DNA of 63,083 bases, filler included, from Choristocarpus tenellus KU-1152 (lineage: Eukaryota; Protista; Phaeophyceae), in the NCBI GenBank assembly GCA_964200185.2. It is 10 parts of 10 records of this genome, joined end to end, with 100 filler letters (N's around TTAATTAATTAA, not from the genome) between each part and the next. Parts side by side here need not be neighbours in the genome. Positions count along the whole stretch, not along the records: positions 16,997 to 32,477 come from CAXNAD020000990.1; positions 32,578 to 36,483 come from CAXNAD020017219.1; positions 36,584 to 39,186 come from CAXNAD020026367.1; positions 39,287 to 42,460 come from CAXNAD020021779.1; 6 more parts are not named here. One strand, written 5' to 3'. Made by a program: the position numbers and the translations under genes. Below, piece by piece: positions 25,531 through 39,847 of this stretch. Each line of letters opens with the position of its first letter. Within the stretch, counting starts at the first letter, position 1. The notes below the pieces were generated by a model. That model made no database searches and was not told the origin of the DNA. It was given only the letters and a program-made list of their open reading frames with translations.

Positions 25531-28500
25531 TCAGCCTAGCACAAGGCTGCTGTTACCTCCTGGCCCCTGTCGCACCCTTGGGGTGAAAGGGGATCGGCGG
25601 CCAGCAGACTCTGAGAACATGCTGCCTTCTTCATGGGAAGGCCCTTGTGGTTCTGTAGTGTCCAGGGTCCCAAAGAGGGACACTGAGGTCACTGGGAAGC
25701 CCTGTTTTCGGGTTACATCAAAACAAGAATTGAGGGGGGGAGAAGAATTGATTGCCTTACTCATTTGCAGGCACGCAAATGGGGCATAGCAATCGACTAA
25801 GTTAAAAAGAGGAGGGACTGTTACACTGAACTCTACACGTGTTTCCTGATAGAGAGAACCACCCTATTTTAGAAGGGGATCTATTTCAGCCCTTCTGGCA
25901 ATCTAGAGACATTCAAAACTTCTGCCTTACACCTCGTTCCTATTCCTACCCCTGTATGATGGTATGGATGTGAAAGAGGAGCCAAACACCTGTTCACATA
26001 ACCCTGTTCACAAATCGTGTTCACATAACCGTGAAGAGTACTAGCAGGCAGTCACAGGGACCCCAATACTCAACAACACCCCTCATATACGGGGTACCTC
26101 AAGAGTTACCTCAAATTACATTGTAGTGTGACTGGATTGCTTCTGGTACTCAAGTACAATACCATGTCATTGCTGTCTAGTCAAGTGCATTGAAAAAGAA
26201 GCAGTTACACATTGGGAGTCATGGCGAGCAAACCATGACCTTGGAAGAGCTTGTCCACTTTTCAAAAGCATATCAATAGACCCTTGCAACACATCAGAGT
26301 ACCCATCAACAGGACCTGGTCCAAGATCAAATTGAATTCTTCGACCATTTCGCCAACCTCTCCATGCTTCATTCAAGCTCACTCCTAGAGAAAAGATGCC
26401 CGCCCAAACACAGCTCTCCACCGTGACGTGCACTTGCTGTGAGACAATAACAACTCATGTCCAAAACATGCTCAAGACCAACATCACAAGGAAAAACGAA
26501 TAGGTGCACTGAACAGCGATGCATCAATAGAAACTGAAATCACATCAAATTGTTCCCCCCAAAAAATAGCACTACAACACAAAACAGCAACCTCACATGT
26601 ACATTTATACGTGCCTCAAATCTAAACTACACACAGAAAGTGGGAAAGTAATCCAGCTAGCCCTCAAGGACTGGAAATCCCGAACACATGAGAAACATTG
26701 TGTGAAGATAATAAGACATAAAAGTGCCAAGAAACAAAGAGGTAAACCCCCCCAAATTCCTGTGTATAACATCCGTCTGTATGACACAAAAGTGAGTCCT
26801 GCACTTTCTTGCCAAGAAGCACTCCAAAAGACAACTGTCACACACACACACAAACACACACACACACACATTCACATATACCTGGGCACGTAGATTTGCG
26901 AGCATAGCCTTGGTATCCGTGGGGTCAATTCCCAGATCGTTCTCAATCTCCTCAACTGTCTGGGTACCATCTGGTCGTGTGGCAAGCACTCTGCGGCAAG
27001 TGGTATTTGCGCAGGCCCCTTCCCCGCCAGACATATGCCAGGCATTCCTGAAGGTAGTTCAAGTAAGCAAGAGTCACACCATACAATGTGACAAAAAATA
27101 TTAACAGCTTCACAGTACCGAAAAAATGTTTCAATAGATTCTTACCCACTCCTATTTTTCTCGTTTGTTTCTGAATATTGTAGAGGTACATAAACAGAAG
27201 GGGCTCTTCACTCACACGTCATGCTCTTTCTAAACTGCACTGCCTACACCATAATCTTCCCCTGAGGGCTACCTACCCCTTCCAAGCATGACATCAATCC
27301 TCCATTGTGACTGTGTCTGCATTGCAGTTCTACCTCGAACACCACATACTCCTTTGATACCGTCCATCAATATTACTCCTGTATCATACAATCTTTAAGG
27401 ATACAGCCCCCTGTAAAGTATGATAACAGCCCTCTATTGGTACTCGTTAACGTACTTGTGGCTCAGTGGGAATTAAAAACAGTTCCCTGGACAAATTCCG
27501 AGGTTTCAAACCACACCTTCACCGAACTTATTTTCATGGGAATTTGGTTTTGATTGTCCAAAAGTCAACTGAGCAAGCACTACAGATTAAACACCCGTTG
27601 TACCCTATCTGTCACTGCACCACAAAAACATCAAAACCAACAACACAGTGCCAAGGAATCATTGCTGACCGAGACTATGGCAGGTCCATTGCAAGATTTG
27701 AGGGAGGAGGTGAATCAATTAGCGGTGGGATGGCCAAACCCAATGAGCAAGAGGCAAGGCACAAATAGAGCCAGTGAAACTGGCTCTAGTGCTATATTTT
27801 GTTGTAGTAGATAGTATGAGAAGTAGTGCACTGTGCAGTGCCTCTGACCACGGGTTGGGATAGCCCCCAGGCTAAAGTGTTGAAGAAAAAACGTTATGGA
27901 GTACGTCCTCAAGATATATAGCTCCTTTTGAAATACATTATTGGTCCTTCATCGGTACTTCTTCTGTACCACAGTTTTACCTTGAACACAACATACCCCT
28001 GAATAAATAGTTTCCTTTGAAGGTTAACACTGAGTGCAAGTATCTTAGATGCTACAAGTTTTGCCCTGTTTGTTTGTTTGGGGCTTGACTTCCCACGGGT
28101 TTTAAATGACATTTTACCTACTCCAAAATGTTTTGGGTAGGTAAAATGCGTACGTTATGAAAATGTGTGTCCACAACAAGGATATTGACACTTCCTAACA
28201 AGCACAATAGCCAAAAGTACATGAAAATTGGAACATTGGATTTTGGCCCCCAAACGGACGCGTCTCTACCCTCTAAGATATTTGACTCACTGTCTCTTCA
28301 GTGGTACTTTTGCTGCACCTAGGTAACACATGTTACATAGTACAATATGGTCCCTTCAAATGCAGAAACTATGCACGTGGCACATACATACACTTCTCTC
28401 TCCAGTTCCAGAAACAAAAATTGAAAACAAGGACAAAAATATGAGGAAAAAATAAAAAGTACAGTGGCTATGCGCACCACAATGGAAACCATTGCAAGGC

Positions 28501-30049
28501 CCAAAAACCGATATGGTAATAAACCATTGCTGGCATTCACACAAGCTTCTTGAGATGTAATTACTCCTCCTAGCCTAGAGCAACAACCTCATCACCCTCA
28601 CGTAAACAGTTTAGCATACACGCATCATAAAAAACAAAAGGTCTTCTTGAAGCAGCAGTACTGTAGACCATTGGTCTAAATTTTGGAGTAGAACTATCAC
28701 ACATACTGTCAATCTGAGTAGCTCGCCCCCCCTCCCCAGAGGCACATACCTCATCATGAGCTCAAAGTAGTCATCATCGTCAATGGATGAGGAGACCATA
28801 CTGTAGTATCGGCACCATTCCTCAGCATGCACCTTTCCCACAAAACATATGTGAATACACACGCATACAGTTGCATGAGAGTTGGAGCGTCAATTTCTAG
28901 AGTGACTTGTCACAAAGTATACTCAGAGCACTGCTTTTTGCGTCATTTTCCTTGAATGCGAATTTGATGTCTCTTGAGCTAGGGACCCGGGACCACCAGC
29001 GGGTCACATTCTGCTAACACATTCTGCTAACACACAGCAAGCACCTATTCGCAATAACAAAGCATTCACAAACCCCAGTACACCAGTAACCAAACAACAC
29101 ACAACTCAATAAGTCAGCTGGCTTCAGACCCCCCCCCCAAAAAAAAAAAAAAGTAGCCCAGTAGTCCGCAAAATGAGTAAAAACGGGAAGCATGCGCAAA
29201 CTGTGCTAGGTAGTAAGTCATCCACAGACATCGAAATCCATTCCGTTAACCTTCAGTTCAGTGGAGAAAAAATGAGACAAATACAAAAAAAACAAGTTGC
29301 ACTATGCTTTGCTCCAGGGCAACTAGATTAAAAACTCTACTGGTCATTTTGCAACAACAAAAAAAGACAGCACATTCCCAACCTGATACACAAGACAAAT
29401 CCACACAACAGAAATATTTACGGGCACATAGCCTATGCAGAGCACACTGATACACGTAACTGCATTGTAGTCTACTTCAGTTCAGCACATACCTAGAAGA
29501 AAGGCATGCAGTGTCAAACATGTAACACATAAGGAAAGAAAGGAATAGAGAGAGGGATACATCTGGCAGGCAGCATAGGCTGGGAAGTAATGAAAGCGAC
29601 ACAACAAGATCAACACAAAAGTAGATGTTATGAAGTGAGAACATATTTAACATCAATGCCAATCTCTGCATTCGGGCACTGCTGTCTTTATGAAAGCAGT
29701 TGTACTATCGGGGGGTGAGCAGAGCAGGGGGGGGAGGGATATTTGACTCATCTTGAAAGTCCCCTCTACAGTATATAAACAAGCAGATGCGGATAAGCAG
29801 AGTCAACAATTTACCTTTCCATCAGGTACACCATCCTCAAAGGTGCTCAGGAACTCCTCAAGCACCGTAGACTCCGGTCGTACACCTCTCTTGACATCTG
29901 GGTGCTCCTTAGCGTTGTAGCGGCTCTTGATGTCCTCCGCCTCAATGACACCACTCTGATCAATGTCCATCAAAGCAAACGCTTCCAGCACGATCTGGCC
30001 ACGGCGATCGTTGAGCTCTCCCCTCACTGCAAACAAGAACTCGTCGTAG
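25531..30049 (-). CDS. Calcyphosin-like EF-hand protein, 3' exons
   Basis: Exons 30049-29815, 28832-28750, 27047-26882, 25701-25531(stop): YDEFLFAVRGELNDRR...AFALMDIDQSGVIE (EF hand), YNAKEHPDV, YYSMVSSSIDDDDYFELMMRNAWH, CANTTCRRVL. Confidence 0.9.
28030..28290. mobile_element. MITE-like dispersed repeat, family A; other copies ~33640-33895, ~37065-37310 (inverted), ~52935-53190
   Basis: Shared ~250-nt sequence including cctactccaaaatgttt(t/c)g, aaggatattgacac and ccaaa(c/t)ggac...agata(c/t)tttg; non-coding, intronic or intergenic. Confidence 0.8.
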
Positions 30050-33000
30050 CTGAACGGAAATTCATCATTTGTTCATTTAGGTAAAGGTCAGAGAAAGGTT
30101 AGAAGTTACTCCAAGTGCTTTGGATCACAATTTGAAGCGTTCTTTTAACTCACTAGCAAGAAAGGAGTCGTCTAGCGTATAACAAACGATACCAATCTCG
30201 TTTGCTGTATGTATTGCATCATGTATGACACTACAGTGAAAGTATTTATGGAATTGAGGGTATACCCTACACTGTCATCAATTGACCTCATAGCATTATG
30301 ATATGACTCCTCTTTTTGGAAGTTCTGCAGGGAGGGGAGATTTCCCACGGAAGTAAGCAAACCTCCCAAAAAACTGTGGCATCAAATTTATTTTGCTGAG
30401 CTATTGTTAGGCATGTGGTAAGACTTACAAGATAAAAGGTAGACGTCAGGGTTAGGGCTAAGTTTAGCCCACAACGCTGACAGAAAAAATGTCCAAGTGT
30501 AGCCATAGCAAGAAGTGAAGCTTTTTGATACACTTCCAACCATCCTCTGAACACAATGTGCTTAGCATAAACAACCTGTAGTAAGCGCCCATACACTTGA
30601 GGCAAAGAAAACACACTGGTAGTCATCGCAAAAAACGACTTTAATTTTCCACTTTCTTGATTGCCTTTGTGGGTAAAACTGAGCAAAAAAAAGTAGCGCA
30701 AAAGCATGTGATAGAATGCGAAAGGGTCAATTACAGTTCCTACCCAGCCAGTCAGCCAGACATAGTGATATTTTGTTTGTTGTACCACGGTTGTGCATCA
30801 TGTTAAAAAAAAAGAAGAACAAACAGCAGTACTTCACTCTTGTCCTGCCCGCAAAAATAAATCACTCACGCAACAAAAGCGTTAAAAAAAATAGAACATA
30901 CTACAAAGTACAAAAAAAAAAGAAAAAAAAGAAAAGAAATAGAACATATTACAAAGTACTACGCCACCTACATATACTCTACAGCACATATTCCTGTAGA
31001 AAACATGAACGAACATCAACTGATCAGAAAAAGCTAAAAAAAAACGCCAGTCCAACCCAATGGACAGAACGGACACCCTCTCCATTGAGCCCTGCTCAAG
31101 CCATTACACATGTGTTCATATTTTTTACCCCGCCTTCACCTGCTGGACTAGCCTCACCCTTCGTCAGAGGTACTACAACTGCACGTACTAACTGCTCTAC
31201 CTCCATGCATGCCTTGCTTCTCCTCTATTGGGTTCAGCCGTTCCAATGCTTGTTGACCACCCTTTGTTGAATCTGGGTCTCACACTCCTGGAAGTTTGCT
31301 CTGTGAAAAACCTACACCATGATTTCTGCGCTCCAATTTCATCTACCAGGAAACTGTACCAGTGTATAGTCCGAGATATATGCCAGGCAGGTATACATAC
31401 CTTTGAAAAAATACCTCAGAAATTGAAAATCTCACCGAAGCCGAGACTCTTTGCAACAAAGGTGGCATCGAGCCACTACGGGGACAGACTAGTTAGAAAA
31501 CGGTTAGGCTTCTGGCCTTTGCTGGGTGATAACTTGATACCTGGGACGAGTTAGAACCCCCATTGCAAGGAATAAAGTAGCCCCCGGTTGCACCTTTGAA
31601 TTCAGTGCAGATGAAAAGTAGATAGGAAGGCAACAGTAGATTGCTTGGAAGAACTTAGGCTGTAACTGGTGAACGTTATCCTATTGTGCATCACTGTCTG
31701 CATTGCCGCTTTAACAGCAATTCTCTTTATTTTTCACAGAATGACAAATTATTCCATTCGGAGTCTGAAATTCACATGAAACAAAACCAAAGAGGAGAGG
31801 TGAAGTCACCAAAAATGAAAGGCTTTGAAATGGAACCCCCCCTGCATAAGAAACGGAGAGGGAAGACAAGGACTACATGATGAGCAATAGCACAACTAAA
31901 GCATCAATAAAATTAAGGGGTTGGTCAGATGGAGGGAATGGCAAGCCAAGAATGCAGCATTAGGGTTGGGTCAAGGATTGGGCTAGTGCAAGGCCTCAGC
32001 AGGTTAGGATTAGAGGGTGAGGGATCGAAAACTTAACCCATCTCTTCACAGGTGCAAAAATACCACACACGAACAGTATTTTAATATGTAAAAAGAATAA
32101 TGATGATGGTAAAATAGGGCTAGAGTTGACTTGAGGGGGAAGATTTGCTTTGATCAGGTGGCAACTTGACAAAAAAAGAGATCATTAGGACAGTCTAGTA
32201 GACGTGAAATCAATCACCTTGCACACTACTACCAAACGCCCATCTGCTCAACCACAACAGCTCATGTTTGTCAAGTCTGCCCGCACAACAAAACAAAACA
32301 AAACAAAATTCCCCTGGGTACCTGTCCAAGAGAACTCCTATAATCATCTCAAAAGAAGCGGAATCCAATCAACCTATTGAATCCAGACAAAAGAAAAAAA
32401 AAATTGCAGCTCTATCCCAGCGATCAACACGTAACTCTTTCCAGCTCCACCCCCCCCCCCCAACCCACCCACCATCANNNNNNNNNNNNNNNNNNNNNNN
32501 NNNNNNNNNNNNNNNNNNNNNTTAATTAATTAANNNNNNNNNNNNNNNNNNNNNNNNNNNNNNNNNNNNNNNNNNNNGTACTTTGAACCATCCCTAACCC
32601 TAGTGAACTCAAATCTCTAGTACAAACTATTGACCCGCTACTAGCTTCCTGACGTGCCAACCTAGACTCCAGTGAGTAGAGTGCCTCAATGTTCGCAAGG
32701 TAACATGGGTAGGATCATTTATTTGCAAAACTCTCAAAAAGCTGGATGTTTGGAATATATGTTTCTCCCTTGTAACCTGCAAGACAGCAGTGCAACTCAT
32801 TTACTATTGCACGAAGAGAGATAGGGGGGGAAGGGGGGGGTCAAAATCATCACTGAACCGAAATATCGGGACCTTTTGCTGGGCTATTTGCTGGGCTATT
32901 TTAGTCCGGTAACTTGAAAAAAAGCATTGATTAAAATATTTCAATATATCTACACAATTTTGTTTAAACACCTTGTCTGAACAGGGGTGGGCTAATTCTG

Positions 33001-34202
33001 TGCTCAGAGGTTCAAGATAGAACTCTGGTTAATATTTTTTCCTAGGGGGAAAGAAATGACGCTCAATGGTCAGTGAGTCAATTCTACTGTCACATCAAAC
33101 CCCTACCATTAAACCCCAGAGTTCCAGATAACTTTCGTTAAGTACCTTTGACTATGGTAAGACAGTAGTAGCACCGAATCGCTCATCAATGCAAGATATT
33201 TCTTCCTGATAACCATGAAGTCATCGACATCTCTCAAACATCAGAGATCTCATGGGGTTTTTTACCGTTCTGGCTCTGGTCCAACAACAAATGGTACCCT
33301 AACATTTTGGCGCCGAAATGTGCTCAATATTGAAGCGGGTTTTGTCCATGCAAGTATGCAGAGCTCGGCATATGATACACCATACATGTTGGCTGCATCT
33401 TCCATGTGTACCATATGTGGTGGTTGCACCTTCCATGTGTAGAGAGTCTACTCTGTAGGATCTAAGTCTTGAGTTTAGGGTTAGCAAATAAGGCACTAAT
33501 GGAATATGCAGTTAGTTTCTAGCAGTCAAACGGTACGCCTAGTGTTTGCATGGTTGATTCCGTTGCCCTAAGGTAGTTGTGCTTCAGGGGAAATCACAAA
33601 TTCCACATCTTTTCCGCCCATGAGGGACACAAGCACCTGAGTGAAAGTATGTTAGAGAGTACGAATTTTGTCCTGTTTGGCCATGTGGGGCTTGGCTTCC
33701 CATGAGTTTTTATTGATATTTTCCCTACTCCAAAATGTTTCGGAGTAGGAAAAAATGTATACGTAATGAAAAGGAGTGCCCAGACAAGGATATTGACATC
33801 TCCTAACAAACGTGATAGTCAAAATTACATCAAAATTGCAAAAATGGATTTAGTCCCCAAATGGACGTGGCCGTACCCTCCAAGATACTTTGGCTCGCCT
33901 GCCAAGGAATATAGTGTGTGTCTCCCAAATGAAGAAGTACACACAGTGGTGGAGGAATACAGGGCAACCAACTGTGCTGGGGTTGCTTGACTGAGATGGA
34001 GAAAGTTGAAGAAGGCGAGGTATTTTCTAGATATGTGCCATGTCCTTGGGAACACACACAAGACTGTGATGTTGTGAAAAATGAAGTCACTTCTATCTGT
34101 AACACCTTGATTCGCTCCAGATACCTTTAATTTTTTTTTGTCAGATCTGAAGAGTATTTATTCATAACGACCAGATTTCATACAATTACTGCTTTCAATC
34201 AC

Positions 34203-36093
34203 CTGCAGCTCATTGTGCAGCATCTTGAGTTGGAACTCCACTGAAGACACAGAAGTGCATGTGTCTATCTGTAAGTCTCGCACCATGGCGACAGATGCCT
34301 GTGAATCAAGCAGTTCATTCATGTATGTGTACATTCAAAGGCCAGGCGTGCTCTTCGTGCGTGATTGACTCCTCTGATCACTGACAGAATACCAAATATC
34401 ACAACCACCGTGCATTGGTAATAGGGTTAGGGTTAGGGAACACAAGGTGTCGTTAGGACAAAAAAATTAAAAACACTCTCCGGTGGGAGAGACTCTAGAA
34501 TACAGTATCTTGCACAGGAAGATGTATCGTGGCTTTCATACAGTATGTTCTGAGGACCTTAAGTTCGCAATATTTACTGGCTTGCTTCCATGCAGAACTT
34601 AATTATGCAGGGAACCATCCTTGCAAATTGTTTGCGGGGAAAGTCCATTAGGCTTTGGATGGGGTTGGACCAGATACCAACAATTTTCTCCAAAATCTCA
34701 GCATTATTACAAGCAGGCTGCTAAGTTTACTATGCATCACGATTTTAACTTGAGTACTGTGAGACCCTACCATATATTCGTGATAATGGGCCTGATTTGG
34801 AAAGACCTGCGCATACACATGGGAGTACTGATGAATGTGTGCCCGATAAATTGGGTATGCCTCCATTAGTTGTTTTTTTTGTCGAGTCCTAGAAAAACAT
34901 ATCTTAAAGGGGTTAGCAATCCTTGTGTACCCACCATTGCCTGACCCACTTGGACCTCCAACGCACTTTGTCTTGCAACAGCTGCTGCGATATGTCCCCG
35001 GGCCTCTGATGCATCCTTAACTATCTGATTTTTAGTTAACAGTTCATGTGGGAAGTGGTGAGAGGCGCCAGACTCCAAGGATAATCTGTTGCACAATTTA
35101 TGGTGCATCTGGTTTGTAGGTGAGCTTTCCTGCACTTGGATATCACCATCAACTTCAAAATTTCCTTCAAACTAGTACTCCAATTTTGGTTGTCATTTTC
35201 CCCATACCCAGCAAGGGAATCCCTAAAAAGAATTCCCACCTCCTTTTGGAGGTCTTCCCTTGCCTCCCTTTCACCCCGAACCTCTTTCATGATTTTGTCA
35301 GCCTGCCGTCCACCTTTAGATCGCACCTGTCCATACAACATTGATTGTGGTACCCCCAACAATACAAACAAAAGGAGGGGCACAAGTAAGAGTTTAGTCT
35401 CATCCACATGGTAGGTGGAGCTACTTGTCCTGTTTCGGGACAGGGTTAGGGTAGGGCAATTCTACGGATACTCTGTCTCCAGCATCGTCTTCATTGAGTA
35501 CTGTAAACATGACTTTGCTAGTACTCTCCTCCTCAAGCTCTATCTTGAGTCTCTCCTCGGATGCCTCCCAAGAGCTTCGATAGTTGTACAGTTCCTCGAT
35601 GCGGCGTTTGAGCTTCATGGTGGTGTCCTTTGCGTCTCTGATGGACTGTTCCATGTCATCCGCACAAGCCTGGGTCTGAAATGAACACCAATAGATAGGA
35701 CTGGTCACCACATGAATAAGTGCTACTCCAAAGTAGGTACTGAAAAAAAAAAAATGAATAGTAAATGGAAGCACCAATTGGCATCTACAATAGTTTAGTG
35801 GTGCTAGCAGGAAGAGTAGAATATATCCCCAGCCTATTCTACTAAGGGGAGTAGAATCCTGAGCAAACGCCAAATCCAGTAAGGTCACACCTCCACTAGT
35901 CACACCCCCACTAGTCAACTTTGAGGACAGTAGACACTCGGCCTTGGGTTCATGCCTGTTTGTTCTGATGGGTCTGCCTTGCATTCACCCTATCTGCTTC
36001 AGCAATATGATCATCAAACCTTTGTCGCAGGGAGACATAGCTGCTCTCACACATACATCTCCTTTGCTCCTCGGAGTAGATGGAGTTTGACAC
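34203..36093 (-). CDS. Internal exons of a coiled-coil protein of unknown function
   Basis: AG/GT-bounded helical E/K/R-rich exons at ~36093-35988 (VSNSIYSEEQRR..ADR), ~35676-35510, ~35326-35240, ~35024-34955 and ~34298-34203; some donor positions are ambiguous. Confidence 0.6.
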
Positions 36094-36254
36094 CTAGGTG
36101 ATAGTTTTGGAGAAGCTTGGTCAGGTAACGATTTTGTGGTATTGGTGTAGTAGAGGGTGCAACTGTACTACAGCAATATTGAGGGACTACATGATATCAT
36201 AGAACTCCTTTATAGTGTTCAGCATGGTTCATGTGCCTAGGATTTTTATTATGA

Positions 36255-36483
36255 GGCTCGAAGTATCTGGGAGGGGGTGGCGGCTGTCCATTTGGGGTCA
36301 TTTTCTCCATATCGTGGTTTTGGGGTGATTTGGTTGCCATACGTCGGATGGATAATGCAAATGCACTTTCCCCGATTTTGGTCCAAATGGACACCCTCGT
36401 GTAGACCCCCCCCCCCCCCCCCCCCCCCCCCGACCCTTCGGGGGGGGCGGGAGGACAAGTTTTCATTGTTGTGGTGGTGGTGG
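36255..36483. mobile_element. MITE-like family B with terminal CAAAGTATCT + G-run; copies at 11345-11367, 11468-11540, ~29720-29750, 57674-57700, 60383-60410
   Basis: Shared gaccccaaatggacagccgccacccctcccagatactt(t/c)g terminus; several copies sit at contig ends. Confidence 0.7.
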
Positions 36484-37906
36484 NNNNNNNNNNNNNNNNN
36501 NNNNNNNNNNNNNNNNNNNNNNNNNNNTTAATTAATTAANNNNNNNNNNNNNNNNNNNNNNNNNNNNNNNNNNNNNNNNNNNNACGGTATAACGGTATAT
36601 GGCATACGGCAATAACGGTATAATAACAGACAAACATGCTTTCCACACATGGATTCAATTCAACACAATAATCTCATATGCACAAAATAAGATACACTTC
36701 ACTATTGTCCTATTTTGCACACTTACAACTCCCACATTTTGGAACAATAATCAACTGTGCTCAACGGAGCTCACACCATCTCTGCCTTGTTCTACTACAC
36801 TAGTAAACTGATACTGTGTTTTAACGTGTTTTGGTTGTATATGTTTGAGCACTATACTCCGGAGTATTGTATATTTCCTTTGACCCTCAACAGAAGATTA
36901 ATGTCCTGGCCTGTCAGTGTTGCATTGTCACTAATTTGATCCTTTCATTTTGTAAATCCAATTACCACTGTGGTGACAATATTTCTGTATTGCTGTCCTT
37001 GGACTGGAACATTTCTAAATAATAATACGGGTGACCATATCATGGTTTGGAGACATCATGGTTAGAGACAAAGTATCTTAAAGGGTAGAGCTGCTTCCAT
37101 TTGGGGGCCAAAATCCAATGTTGCGATTTTGATGTAATTTTGGAAATTATATTTTCTAGAAAGTGTCAATATCCTTGTTTCGGACAAACCTTTTTAAAAC
37201 ATACATTTTACCTAATCCAAAACATTTCTGAGTAGGAAAATGTCATAAAGAACCCGTGGGAAGCCAACCCCCAAACGGACAAACAGGGCAAAACTCGTAC
37301 CATCTAAGATAAAATCACTCGTGATGGTGTCTCCCCAATATATGTGTACATAAAAAAACACTCGATCAGAGTGGCAATGTGTATGATGCCATCGACCAAC
37401 TCAGCATTCCTGTCTTGCTGTGCAATGAGCATTGACTCAACACTTGCGTTAAGTGGGGTATGGGTTTGTGTGTGGAAGCTTGGACAAGGAAATGACATGC
37501 GAGAATCGTGATGTTAGGAAGAGTTTTAGAATGATGCCAGCACTTGCTGGTTTCTTCTGCCATTCTGCTATAAACAACGATAGCCTCATGACCATTCAAG
37601 AGAACGTAATTCAGGATGACTAGGAGAGCTTGGACCAGATATTGCAGCTAGTTCAGTGTAATGGTATGCGGTGCCTATATGGAAGTACGATACCCTGCAG
37701 GACCCTGCAGGACCTGCAGTATCTTCTTGAGAAGAGGAGGATGTACCCTGTATTTTTTGTTTTCGTTTTTGTGTTATTGAAATTTTGTGTGATGGTGAAC
37801 GTCTTGATTGGTGCTGTACTTCTGATGAAGTGCTTAAGTAAGAAGTAGGAAGATATAATGCAAGGAAGAGCAAATTGTCCACAAATGATAAAGAGTCCAA
37901 GAACTG

Positions 37907-38146
37907 AGAGGTAGGCAGGGTTGAATCTTAAGGATCCCAAGAAAGGGCAAAATTTTGCCATTCTGTACAATTGCAGAAAGAGCCTTTGCTGAATGGTGGT
38001 ATGACATTAAGTGTGGAAAAGGGCAATATCATTTTTTCATACTTGCTTACACTACAATGTTGTGCATAAAGCAATGAAATAGAGTGAATAGTACAGGAGA
38101 AGAAAGATGGCTTTGAATGCAAAATGTCCAGACCTGCCTACATCTT
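37907..38146. mobile_element. Non-autonomous TIR element, family C (terminus AGAGGTAGGCAGGG); related ends at ~14125-14153 and ~23390-23473
   Basis: gagaggtaggcagggttg...cagacctgcctacatct inverted termini; 23390-23473 is the reverse complement of 37907-37990. Confidence 0.6.
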
Positions 38147-39816
38147 GATTGACTTGGGTCAAAGGGTGATTGAGAGTTACTGACCAAAAAGGAACAATAG
38201 TTGATGACAAGGTAGTTTAGGTAAAGATTACCCTCATGAAAAAGTGGAGCTCACTTCAGTACCTTGCAGTCTTGCAATATCATTACGTAGCAGTACCCTG
38301 CAGAACTAATAGACAAGAGAGGGATGTACCCAGCAGTATCCTGAAATACCTAGTAGCACCCAGCAGTGCTCTGCATTACCCTACTGTTCCTTGCCGTGCG
38401 GTACGTTGCTGCACATTGTGAACAGGACAAGGATGCACCCAACGGTATCCTGCTGTACCTGGGAGTCATTGATATATCTCACTCTGGACCCGTGGTTAAG
38501 ATGATCAATGACGTATTTTTACAGAAGACAGTATACGACTTGTTGTGTGAATATACTCCAGAGTGTAGCATTAGTGTTACAAGGGTCTTGTGATCTCAGT
38601 CCCATTTAGAGAAGCATTTGAGGTGAGACAACTGTAGGCCACCATGTGGGATTTGTAGCATCAGCATGGAAAACCAGGAAAGAATACTACCATATGGTAG
38701 ATAACGGATTATCTAATACCAGGTCCCAACAATAATCAATGCAGGCATAAGCCCTATTAGAGCTAAACTGGAAATAACTAGACACATTGCTGACTCTACC
38801 TTTCCTGATCTATTCCAGTGGTGTCTATAGTGTATCGGTGTTCGAATAGACTCTCCCAACTATATCGGAGATACCTAGTAGTATAAATGTTGGGTTAGTA
38901 TGCAAGAGGTACTCCATCTGTCCCATAGGTCTGGGCCGTTAGGTTGTGGCTCTTGGGGATGGCCTCCGATCACAAAACGGACTTTTGCGTTGGATTCCTT
39001 GGAATATTTTACGTAAATAAGTTTTTTTCAAAGAAGTCTACAAAGAATTCTGTTCTGAAATGGTTCTGAAAGAAAAGAAAAAAACACAAAATGGGACATA
39101 TTGTTATTCCCTCTGTAACAGCCTCTCACCAAAATTGAGAATGGAGCATACTATGGAGGATGGGTTTGACCCAAAATGGTGCGCTGNNNNNNNNNNNNNN
39201 NNNNNNNNNNNNNNNNNNNNNNNNNNNNNNTTAATTAATTAANNNNNNNNNNNNNNNNNNNNNNNNNNNNNNNNNNNNNNNNNNNNTGCCGTACTGCTAT
39301 CGCTCTGCCAAGGAGATGGGGGGGGGGAGGGAGCGGCAGATGGTATTTTGGTTAACACAGTTTTTTTTATTGACTTTTGTGTGTGTGTCTGTGTTTGAGG
39401 GATTTCTTGGAGATGAAGATGTGAGTGCTTCTACTTTAGTGTGTATTTGTTCCTCTTCTTGTGATTCTTTTTTCTTTTTCAGTTTGAATTAAAAAAAAAT
39501 ACCCTTGTAACTATGTCATGACATTGTGTCCATTACAGCTTGTGTGCTTCCAACCACATTCTTGTTTCACGTACTTGTGTTTCTCATGGTTGTTTTTCTC
39601 TATCCTGTGGGGTTGTACAGGTGTCGGGTTTTTTTTTTAATATCCCTAACCTGTCTTGTCTTATCCTCGTCTCTTCAGTGTGTGCGGGTGTGTGAATTTA
39701 TTTTTGTTATTATTATTATTATTTTATGAAAATGTGATTTAATGCCATGTCAAATCAAGGCATGATTTGTACTGTTTGTTGTATGCTACTAAAAATAATA
39801 AATTACATGCGTATAT

Positions 39817-39847
<31 letters not shown>

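Noticed and set aside
30716-31554. ORFs of 184 and 108 aa as genes
   Set aside because: Low-complexity A-rich sequence antisense to the upstream or intronic region of the calcyphosin gene, with no motifs. The same applies to most short ORFs in the track.
38650-38860. Second gypsy copy
   Set aside because: Only a short match (gatacactatagacaccactgg) to 45426-45447 and no convincing motifs; too decayed to call.
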